Below are positions 39,401-51,900 of a DNA stretch of 64,000 bases, piece after piece. Source of the DNA: Octopus sinensis. Lineage: Eukaryota. Where the stretch lies: positions 77,252,001 to 77,316,000 of the forward strand of contig NC_042997.1 in the NCBI RefSeq assembly GCF_006345805.1. Reading direction: 5' to 3'. The notes beneath the pieces were generated by a model, which did not search any database, was not told where the DNA came from, and saw only the letters and a program-made list of their open reading frames with translations. The first letter of the stretch is position 1. Every line of letters begins with the position of its first letter. The position numbers were made by a program, and so were the translations under genes.

Positions 39401-42114
39401 ATTGTAATACAGCTGATAAAACAAATAAATATGTCAGAAAAATGCATCCAGCTTATCTGGCCAGTGTATATAGACAAAAAGTTAAATTCATCATAGAAAT
39501 TACATGATAGTGATGAGAACAGCTCTTCTTTATACTGAGCAAAAGGTGCATTTATTATATGTAAACACTAAGCATTATTGTGAAGATAACTTAGGTTAAA
39601 AATTTAGAGCAATGCATCTGCTTAAAATTGTTTTCATAACAGGACTAAGTATGCTTGTTATAGGGTGTAATAAAAACACTTCATTTCTTATTTGACAGTC
39701 AGAAATTAACTTTTTGCATGAGATTTCAACATTTGTTAATATTTACATTCTACATTTGTCAATACATAAATGATCCCAGACAAGACATTATATTATATCA
39801 AAAGATAATTTTTAAAATAGTATTAAATACAATTAAAATTTACTTCTAAATCTTCCATTGATACTGCAAGAGCTATTTTGTAAATAAATGATACTTAATT
39901 ACAATATTAGTTGAGAGATTGAATTTGTTTGATCTATTTCAAAACAAAAAAGGATTTCAAATTAGTTTGATGAGTGATATTTTTCTCCTCATTAATTCTT
40001 TTTTCCAGAAGTCTTTAATATCTATACTTCTATTGTTTTTAATTGATGCTATGAATAATGTTTTTATTATCTTTCTACAGAAATTTTCCTAATTATATAA
40101 ACAAATTATATATAAATTTTTCCATTAAGCTAATTAATTATATTCATATCATTTGAAGTAGCTGCAGTTGTTGCTGAATAAATGCAAACTTCTGTGGAAC
40201 ATTTATCAGATTATTTATACTACACTTTAAATGTGCTAAATTTTCCACTGTAATAGCATAACAGATGGTAGCTGTGGTGCCACAGCAGACAATATTACAG
40301 TCAGAGTGGTGCTGAAAGTGTGTTGGGCTTAAACTTTTGGCCAGGAATCGGAAGAGAGTAACATTCCCTTAGAATGCTGTTGCTGTACTCTTGCATGTAC
40401 TTTTAGTAGTCTTTCCAGCAAACTATTATCTGTTATAAATGTAGACAGCTGAAAGCACATTCTGTGCATTCACTATTATGACCATTCATAATTCAACAAC
40501 ATGGTTCTGATTACATGATAAATTGATGATGGTTATAAATTTTCTCTGTCTGTGAGGATACCCAACCTTCACTAAGCCCATATGAATTTTATACATAACA
40601 CTATACCAAGAAAGAAAAAAAAATTAGAAATAACAGCCACATATAGTTAACTGGACATTTCTATATAAAAATCAATAGGAGTCTTCCATTAGTTTCACAA
40701 TACCATGGATCTGCATCTAGAAAGTCTTAGTTTAGTCTTGGTGGCGGAATAGTATCTACTACATGGATAGTGACTATGACAGGACCAAAACAAAATTGAC
40801 TGCCTGTCATGTCCTAGTGCTGTTTTTTGTTGATTATTCCCGTCTTTGCCTCGTTCCATTCTCCAGTGGAAACAATCACCAGCAATGTCCTTTCAATATT
40901 CATGTAAATAGACTTCATTTCTCTCTTACAGACATCTTTGAAACAAAGACAAAGTTGCCCTTATATTCTCTTGCTGGAGGCCAGTTTTCTATACTGCAGA
41001 TCATAAGATTTTTGTATTTTATGTAGGATAAAGTGTCAGAGCATAGACATTGACAAGGTTGACGGGCCCATGAGATGTATGGAGTCAGAGCAAGAAAATC
41101 CATCTAATCCCTTTCTCACTGGGCTTCATCATCTTCAGCTGTACGTTTCTCACAGTAAAGACAGCACTATATTTTTTAAAAGTCTCATCTAAACTCTGTA
41201 GAAAATGGTATAACTTGTCTCACATTTAGTTCTTGCTAAAACTTCAAATAAACTTGAAGTTTTAGCAGTTTTATTGCTAATCATTGCTGTCCTTCATGTG
41301 TCACTAAACCTGTGGAGATTATCTGACTGTCCAGAAGCTATAGTCTGTATAAGCCAGCATCCTAACTTGGATGGTGGTTTCTTTTGTTATCTTGTCATGC
41401 CTGATCTAGAAATTAACATCTGTGATTCAGGTTATTTGCTTCCCTAAATTTATTTACAAATAGAGAAAGCCTTTACATTCTTTTGAGGAGAAATGTAAAT
41501 AAGCACAATATTGTTTCTTTCTCTTATCTCCAACCTTTTAAAATGTATGCATCATAATTAAATAGTTGCAGTAATTAATAAGTCTGCTTTGCTGTTTTGA
41601 AGATATGCTAGTAGTTTCCCCAAATATATATACATACATACATACGCATTTATCTTTTTTGTATGTATGTGTGTGAGAGAGAGCAAGAGAGTGAGTGCCA
41701 CTTAGACATCACACTCTCTCTCTCTCTCTTTCTCACACACATACATACAAAAAAGATGTATTCACATGTATTTATATATGTACACAGTGGCAGACTGGGC
41801 CTAAAAATATTAGTTGCCAGGAGACTAAGGGGTCCACCCGCAACTACAATGCTATCATTTATTTATTTATTTATTTATTTATTTTGTTAAAAGTATTCTT
41901 TTCATTTGTCTACAAACACAGCCAGGCAGAAATAATTAATGCATTCTTCCAGGAGTGAATAAAAAATTCTCAAACTTGAAGGGATGGGCCCCTTATATAC
42001 TAACATGGGCCTTCATATATGGATTCTAATGGCACAGGGGCCCACTTGCCATCAGGCAAGCTTGCAACTTGGCCAGTTCACTACAGTATGTATGTATACA
42101 TGACAATGCACCCC

Positions 42115-42154
<40 letters not shown>

Positions 42155-42963
42155 TACATAAATGTATACAAACATACGTATGGCTGACTGCAAATACAGA
42201 GAGCTGAACACGGCGCGCAAAAAGTAAATAAATTAAAACTGGTTAATGTTTACATCTTGACCCAGAAATGAAAATCAAAAAAAATACTTTAATGGGTGTG
42301 AAACAATGTGTGGGAAATGAATATGAAAATATAAATGCACGCAAAGCAACAGGAAGGTGGGGAGAGGACTTCGGAAAATTCACAAGATCTGAGCTTTTCC
42401 CTCATAACATTTAGGAAAATGGGGGTTTTTTTCAATGAAATTTTATAGAAATACCTTTCAAATGGCATACATTACGATTATAAAGAAATTTGTGGAGAAA
42501 ATCTTTTCCAAGTGGGTGGAGAGAGGACTTTGGGAAATTCATAAAATCTGAGTTTTTCCCTCATAACTTTTAGGGAAATGGGTTTTTTCCAATGAAATTT
42601 TATAGAAATACCTTTGAAACAGCATACATTATGACTATAAAGTAGTTTGCGGAGAAAATTTTGAGGTGGTGAGAGGACTGTCGGAAAATTCCCAAGATCT
42701 GTATTTTTCCTTGTTATATTCTGAAATCACATTCAACTTTCTACAGATACCCTAGCATAGTACTACTACACTATGTAGTGTTTATTTCTACCCACTTTCA
42801 ATAATTTTTAATGTTTTGGCTTCAATTTCATTTCATTTTCAATTATTTTTATGCTTTTTTAACTCTTCATCATTATTCTCATTCACTCGTTATTACATTC
42901 TCTCTCTCTCCCCCCTCTCTCTCTACATATATATACATACATTATATATATACACACACACAC

Positions 42964-42994
<31 letters not shown>

Positions 42995-45900
42995 TGCACA
43001 CATATATATGCAGCTATGAGGAAAGGCTTGGATCTTGTGAATTTTCCGAAGTCCTCTCCCCACCTTTCCGTTGCTTTGTGCGCATTTTTTTTTCATATTC
43101 ATTTCCTACACATTGTTTTACTCCTATTCCAGTATTTTTGGGGTGGATTTTCATTTCTAGGTCAAGATGTAAACATTAACCAAAACTTTTTATAAAAATG
43201 AACAAAGTGAGCAGATTCAAGCGAAATTTGTGAACTTAGTAAATATTTCTTTCAGTAATTTATTGTAGTTGTTTGCAAATTAAAACTTGAAATGAAAACA
43301 TTGCTTCGTTGATACTGGAGGTTGACATTGAGAAGCCTTTTTAAAAAAGTGAATCATATATATAAAGCAATATTATTTATTTTTAATGAAAAAATAAACT
43401 GAAAGGCCTAATTGGTATCTGAGGTCGAATTATTCAGGCATCCCAAGTATCGCAATTCACACAGCCGTTTTGGCGTGAAAAGCAAACACACACACACATA
43501 GGTGTATTTTATATAGGAGATAACAAAATTGTAACAAACAAATAAAAAATATTTTATATATTATTTAAATGCTTAAGGGATTCTTAAAATAATTTTCTTT
43601 GGAAAATAGATGATTATTTGTCATTCTGTTCTGTCTGATTTACATTTTGAAAGTTTTTGTTAGGTTTAATGATGATGAACTCCAACTTAAATGTTTTAAA
43701 CATTCAACTTGATTACAAAAAATCAGCCACACATACATTGGGTAATGATATTTTAACAGTACTTTATTATCTGTATTTGCTAGATTTTCTGGACTAACAG
43801 CTCCTCCTTTGGACCTCCTTGGTGCATGTGTTCAAACTCTCACTCAAGTAGCTAAGAAACATCCTCAAAAGGTATATCAACACAGTTGGTAAAGGCTTGT
43901 GCCAACCAATATCTTTTATTTGCATTTTTTAAGTTGTTCCGTCACTTTTGTGTTTTGGGGGGGGGGGTTGTGGCATTTATCAAACATTAACCTTTTCGTT
44001 ACCAGCCCAGCAGAAACTGGCTCTGGCTCTGAGTACAAATGTTTTGTTTCCATAAGTTTTGAATTGAAATCTTCCACCAAACCTTAGTCACAATTTATGT
44101 TCCTAACACTAGCTGAATGATAAGTTATTTTACTAAATTCTATAGTAAAGTATTTAAAGTAATTGAAAGAAACAGAACATCTCAAAATAAATACAGTAAT
44201 GAAAGGGTTAAGTAAAAGATGTCTTTGATCTCTTTATAGATTATTTGAGTGTAAAAGCAAAAAAATAAATAGAATAAAATGCCAACAGTTACTGCTATTA
44301 TAAAAGTATAAAATATTCTACAAATGTTTAAATTTCGAGAATAAACAATTGTAGTAATAATTTAAATCTTTATTCACCTGATAACAATCGAAGGTTAGGT
44401 GCTAAAATATGCAGATAGTCCTTCCCAACTAAGAACTCTTATATTATAACAGTTAAATTTAAACATTGCTGTTTAATTCACAATGAAATTGTTACCACTG
44501 GCCAGAGTTCTCACAGCATTTTAGAGGTCTTTCTTTACATTACCCATCTTAAGACATCATTTTCATCTCAGTTTATCATTTATGGAGAATTAGCATCAAG
44601 CTTTCTGTGAAAACTTACCTGTAGTATATAAAAATGGAGATGGTTTACCTCTCATCTCCCACTTGCTATAGAAACCTGAGTAAAGTGAAGTAAATATATT
44701 CATTCATTATTGCTATGACTAATGTTATTCTATTTCATGTCATATTTTCTGTCATTTGAAGGTTTGGCTAAATATGAAACAAACAGGATTATTGCCATAC
44801 TTTAGTGAATACCTGGGGAAAAGAGATGATATTTTCAAGTAAGTTCCTTGTAATTCAGTCACAATTTCTATATCTTCTTTAGTATTTAATCTGTCTATTT
44901 ATTATTCTACTAATTATTCCCAATTACAGTAAAAGAAAGAATGAGATTTCTAACTTTTATCACCCATTTTAATTCAATTACCTTTATAACTGATCTACTT
45001 TTAGCCAGGTTAGTTTAGATAAATGAACTAAAGTACCTTAGTTAAGAATACTACTCACTACCAATAAGCATTCAGTTTTGAGTTATGTCATGTTTTGCAT
45101 ATGCTGTTGAATTAATAGGAGTTTCAATCCTAATTTGGAAATTTGATCATAAATAGTTGTTTGTGTTGCTGATCATGGTCATGATCAACAAAAAGTAGCA
45201 AACATTTCTTCTCAAATCAGTCTACAACTCAAATATAATCAACCTTTGAATATTTGATATGCCTAATCTACCATTATCATTATTATCATTATCATTTTTT
45301 AACATCCATCTTCTATGCTGGCATGGGTTGAATAGTTTGCCAAGCTCTCCAGGCCTAAAGACTGCAACATGTTCCAATGTATGCTTTGACATGGTTTCTA
45401 CATCTGAATGCCCTTCCTAGCACCAACCAATGTACAGTGTACTGCATGCACTTTTCATAGCACCAGAACTGATGCATAACTAAGATTTCTACTGTAGAGA
45501 GTGCTTTATGCTAGGAGATGAAAGGTTAAAGTATGGGAGAAGGATGCCAGAACAGAACAAGCTTCTTGTAGGCAAGCTACTCTTTTAGAATTTAACTTCC
45601 TTTTTAAAAATTGTAGGAAAAGAGATTTAGTTCAGCAAACATATAGGGCATACTCTCTGACTCAGCAATAAGTAAATTCAACCATAAAATAACTAATAAA
45701 ATTTACAATTTTAACTCAAATGATTCTAATGAACAAGTAAAGTTACTTGTGAAGTATAGGACATCTATATGACAAATATAAGTTTTTGGTTTATTTCTAT
45801 CCTGTGTAAAAATTGCTCCTAATTTTGTTAATGAATTCCAAGTAACAATTTTTTCTCCAGATTATTAATTCACTGCAATGGCATTTTTAAATAAGAAACT

Positions 45901-48900
45901 AGATAAATAAAATATTAAATTACCAAGTGAGTGTTTAAATCAGTTTAATGACTCTTATATAATGTTTTATTCAAATCATATTAATCTGAATTATAACATT
46001 CAATTTCTGTAAAATATCAGATGTCTGTTAAACAAGAAAAAAACATTGTAATAAAACTGTTTAATAGATGTAAACACTGTGTCAATATGAATTATAACAT
46101 AAAATTTCAATATAATATCAGTTAATTGTTAAACAAAACATAGGTATAATACCTATAAACAGTTTGTAGAAATATATCCATGTATAATAAAGGCTGGGCC
46201 ATGTTTCCTGGCTTGACTATTGGCTCTCCACTCCTCTGTATAGTGGAAAGCATTTAGCAGCACCTCAGATGTCTTCTTGATATCCAGGTTTATGAAGACT
46301 TTCTTCCCCAGGGTGTCACATTTTGAAGTGTATCAATATAGGCATGTGCTTCAATGATATTCTATCTGGGGAAAAGGCTACAGAATAGTTAAGTGATTTG
46401 AGCAACATATTGAAAGTAGACCAGTAAAGAATAACATTTATGATAGTATAAATAAAAAAAGTTTTTAAGCAAACCAGTAAAGAATGATATATTTAAAATT
46501 TGGCAATAAATGTATTTATTTATAGAATACTAGCAGTATCGCCCAGCGTTGCTCAGGTTTGTAAGGGAAATAACTATAAAGCATTTTTTAGAGAGTTATA
46601 GCCAAAAAATAGCAAAAAAATGGAAAAAAATGATGGTAAATTTTTTTTTAGTTAAAAAAGGTGGAGTTGCGTCCCCTAGACAGTTTGCGGTTTGGGTTTC
46701 TGATTCTCGACCCCATGTCGAATTTATCGATTTTTTTCAGAACTGGGGGGAACTTTTCAAAATTTTCGCTGCGTTAGTTTTGAATTATGACATTGGGCTA
46801 TGTGTGTGTCAAGTTTCATCAGAATCGGTTGAAAGCCGTGGTCAGGGTGAGGGTACAAGCAAACAGACACACAGAAACACGCACAGACAAACTGCCGTTT
46901 ATATAGAGAGAGATCTTATAGATAAAATGTGTACAAAATGTTTAATGGATACCCTCAGGGTTTTTCCACTCTGAAAGTCACCATCTGGGAATGTTTAGTC
47001 TCATACTCTTTTCCTACTCTAACCAAAATTTACTTTGTATGGCCATAAAAATAATCTTCAGTTATTTACTTTGCTGTAATTAATATACTATCTGATTTCA
47101 TTTAGAATTTTTGGCTGACATTGAAGTAGTGAGAGAGTGAAAGGGAGGGGACAGGGCCTGTTTTCACCTTTTAATGTTAGAAGAGTTGTAGTTGTGTTGG
47201 GAAACATTATATACACTGTACTTAAATATGACACTTTTTTTTAAAGTTATGCTAACATATAAATGTATACACCAGACTTCAATAACCTCTTTTGGCTTTA
47301 GTATATATTTTTCTTCAGTAACAAATTAAGGAACACTCTAATGACTTTGAGAGACTTAGATTTAGAAATTTTAAATTTTAAAATAGCATGAATGCATGGT
47401 TAAGCAATTTGCTTTGCGACTAGATTGTGCAAGGTTTGATTCTACTGCATGCACCTTGATCCACCTTGGGCCAGTATGTTTAAGAAGATTATTTTCCCAA
47501 CTCTATGATCCCAGGTTCAGTCCCACTGTGTGGCATCTTCGGCAAGAATATTCTACTACACCCTGAGGCCAGCCAAAGCCTTGTGAGTGGATTTGATAAA
47601 TGGAAACTGAAAAGAAACCTGTTGTGTGTGTCTACACACACATGAATGTGGATGTGTTTGTGTGTATCCTTGTCTTGACATCACATGATGGTTGTAAATG
47701 AGTATCACTGCCATATAAGTGGTGCTATTCATTTCCATTCTTCTCTGAAAACCCTGTCTGGTCATGGAGAAGTATTACATTGCTTGGAAACCAGTAAAGA
47801 TTCACAACAGGATGGGCATCCAACCATAGAAAATCTGCCTCAACAAATTCCTTCTGATCCATCCAAGCACAGAAAAGTGAACATTAAAATGATGATGACA
47901 ATGACGGTGTTATTGTTGTTGTCATAGCTGAGTGGTTAAGAAGTTCACTTTGCAACCATGTTTAATCCTGCTATGTAGCATTTTGGGCAAGTGTTTCTCT
48001 TGTGTCATAAGTCAACCCAAATTGTATGAATAGATGGAAACTATAGGCACCCATCTGCACCTGTAATTCAAATGTTCAGCTTTGCCACATAATGTCATAC
48101 TGATTATGCCCAAAATTTACATTAAGGATACATATGTCTATGGAATACCCAGACACTACACATGTTAATCGAATAAGTAAGTTGTCCTTTTGAACAAACA
48201 ACTGGACACATTCACTGAAATCAGCATGAGTCCATCATATCATTTGTTAGTGTGTGTGTGTGTGCATGCATGCACATATATGCCAGGAGGTCTAACCCAT
48301 GCCAGCATGGAAGACAAGCATTAAAAGGTGATGATAAAAATGCATATTAGTGAGCCACAGCAGAATCAGTCACAAATAAAAATGCCTTATATTTTGTTCA
48401 ATATCAGTTACTGTTTTACAGTCAAGTTGCTATTCTACCTTATGAGTTGACAAACTAAGTATAACACAATTATTGGAATTAGTATAATCAACTAAAACCA
48501 TTTGAAGGTGATACCCCAGCATGGGTACAATCAAATGACAAAATCACAGTTGTTTGAATATTTGGGGGGGGGGGGGTCATGGATTTCTTTTGACACAAAG
48601 CTAATTATTCAAACTGTTGAATTTGAGCATAAAACTTGCAATAACTTAAAGTCACTCTATTTCTGTGCAGTAAAAAGAAATTATTAACCCATTTCTTTAC
48701 ATAAAACTTTTTGAAATGAACAATATTTAATAATGTTAAAAGAAATATGACCTGTCATGGCTGTGCCGTAAAAAGTTTGTTTCCCAACCACTTGGTTCCA
48801 GATTTAGTCCCACTTGCCTTTGGGCAAGTGGCTATTACTATTGCTGTGGGCCAATTAAAGCCTTGTGATTGAATTTGGTTGACAGAAACAGAAAGAAACC

Positions 48901-51900
48901 CATCGTGTGTGGGTTAGTGGGTGCTTGTTACTCTCTCCTTGCCTTGACATCGCATAGTAATTGAAAATGAGTGTCACTGTCATGCAAATTGTTCTTTGTT
49001 TTCAGACTTCCATTAAAACATATCTGGTCAAGGGGAATATTATCTTAAGAATTTGTGACAGAAAGGGCATCGAGCCATTGAAAATTCGCCTTCATAAATT
49101 CCATCTGACCTATGTGAGCTTGGGAAAATGGATGTGACGCGCACACACACACACGCACATATTCTCTTACTTTTTTGTATGTTCCATCAGAAGGCAGACA
49201 TCTACTAGCCTAAGTGATACTGTCATTTACAGTGGTAAACAGCATGCTTACTTCCAATAGTTTGTGAAGTGCAAGTTGGGATGGGACAGTAATATCATAT
49301 GGCATAAAAGCAACCATTTTCTATTACAACATTAATAATAAATATGAGAGACAATTGATCTTGTTTCTGGCTGCCCAGCCCTTGCTGAAAAGGAGTACCT
49401 CATAAGACATGACAGACTAGGGTAGTACATCCACTGGAATGCTTGTAAATACTACAAAATTAAATCCCATGATAAGTGGTACAGGCACCATCCAGAGGAT
49501 GTAGTAAATGGTGAGGGCATCACCATCCTTTGGAACTTCCCAATACAAACAGACAGATAAATTGACTCCAATCGACCAGACATTGTGATCGTGGACTACA
49601 ACAGAGGAACTTGTCTGTTAATTGATATGTCTGTCCCACAAGATCAAAATGTCTTGAGAAAGGAATACAAAAAGCTTTCTCACAATAAAGATATGCAAAT
49701 TGAAATCACAAAAATGTAGGAGCTTAGTACTACAATAATACAAATAGTAATTGGTGAGTTGGGAATGATAAAGAAGGGGGCTGAGAAGTGTATTAAGCAA
49801 CTCCCTGGTAACTCCAATATCTGTGAACCTTGATGGGTACAGCCCATAGACTATGGAAAGCAGTCTCCATCTAAATTGGATAAATGAGGTGATAATTTTA
49901 GCATGCATAGCAAAACAAAAGTGCCCTTGCTACTCTTGGTCTCCAGAGGATGCCCAGTACTAAGGCTGCTGAAATAAAGTTATAATGAAAGGAAACCATA
50001 AATAATAATAATAATAATAATATAATAATAATAATAATAATAATAAAGACTAAAATAATCCTTTCTGCTGGAATCTCAAGGTCTCATATTTGGAGGAAGG
50101 GATTATGTTGATTACGTCGACCCCACTGCATAACTGGTACAAATTTTATTGACTCTGAAAGGATGAAAGGCAAAGTCAACCTCGGCGTAATTTGAACTCA
50201 GAACATAATGGCAGATGAAATACTACTAAGCATTTCATCCGGCATGCTAACGATTCTGCCAGCTCACCACCTTCATAAAGACTAAAATAATACCTGTTGT
50301 CATAGGTGTCCTAGGAATGATAACAAAAGGGGCTGATTGCTACCTATTTCAGATACCATGAAATCCAGAAATGGAAGAAATCTTTTTAAAAATAGTGCTT
50401 ATGAGAATTACTCATATCCTAAGAAAAATATTGTCTATGTAATTCCCAAATCATTTTAATCTGTAAACATTATCAAAAGTACTTTTAAATGTATATAATA
50501 GCAAACATCTTTTACTGTCATCTTAAGATCACACCATCATCTTATAATCATATTACTTTTAAAACAAACTTCTAATTTTCTTTAGTATTGACAGACATTC
50601 TCTAGAACTAAACTCTGTGCAAAAATATGGTACCCTAGTCATGGCACCAATTTGAACTTCTTGCTGTCTCTTGAGGTCTCTGGATGAGACTTGGAGTCAG
50701 CTTGTACAAATACAAAGCAAAAACCAGACATATAAAAATAGTCCTTTCTATTAAAGGCACAAAGCTTGAAATTTTTGGGGTGGGGACAAGTAAATTACAT
50801 TGACCCCAGTGTTTCACTGGCCCTTAATTTATTGACACCAAAAGTAATAATAATAATAATAATGATAATAATAATAATAATAAACCAAGAAGTGAAATCA
50901 ACAAAGGTGACCCTTAATTTATTGACACCAAAAGTAATAATAATAATAATAATGATAATAATAATAATAATAATAAACCAAGAAGTGAAATCAACAAAGG
51001 TGACCTGCTAGAAAGAAATACTGCAGTTTGGAGTTTCTTTCAACTAAAATGTGTTTGTTGTTATAAGTTGAATGAAAGCAGAACGACCATTTCCATTCTC
51101 AATGAAGAGAATGCATGATTATTTTGCTGTGGTTGCTTTAGTCCTTAAATAGAGGGGAAGTAACTTTTATTTACATTATTTACATTTGATGGCTGATATA
51201 CATTCCAGCCTTCATCAGGTGTTTTAGGGAAATTTCGAACCTGGGTTCTCATTCCTAAGGTATTTTTCGATGTTGTTATTGTTGTAATCGAACTTGGAAT
51301 CTTAGGGTTAGTAGACTGCACACTTAACCACTACACCATATGCCCATGGGCAATTATGGAGTGAATTTTAAGGCTTATAAATCTAATGTCATATGTAGCC
51401 CTTTTGACATCAGGACAGTATTCCAAGAGTAATACAACACTTCGCAAATATCTCCTTCAAGTAAAATCACCAATAGAAGAGAATATGACCAAAGACTGCG
51501 TGTACTCCATCCCATGTAGCTGTAGTAGGTTATGCAAATGTGAAACATGCCACCCCCTCAAAATAAGGGTAGACAAACGTTGCAAAGCTGTGATATGAGG
51601 AGATATTGATAAATCAGGTATAGCTGATCATGTATGAAAAAATGGAGACCATCTCCCCCTGTGGGGTGAAGATAAAATAATAGACAGAGAACACCACTGG
51701 AAAATATGAAAACTAAAAGAAGCAGCACATATGCTAGGACACAGCAACCTCCTAAGTAGACTGAATGCAGATATAAGTAGCATATGGGAACCAGTATTAA
51801 GGATATAAGTAGCATATGGGAACCGGTATTAAGGATATAAGTAGCATATGGGAACCGGTATTAAGGATATAAGTAGCATATGGAAACCGGTATTAAGGAT

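Noticed and set aside
14270-39600. Scattered RTGATGA motifs as C/D snoRNAs (e.g. 14273, 38042, 39514)
   Set aside because: None has a properly spaced terminal CTGA D box with a terminal stem.
42195-43550. A Helitron enclosing the foldback element
   Set aside because: A 5'-like end is visible near 43550 on the minus strand, but there is no CTAG or hairpin 3' end.
43801-43871. Alternative acceptor ctaacag| 17 nt inside the exon
   Set aside because: It shifts the frame; the upstream tag| restores RFSGLTAPP and matches phase.
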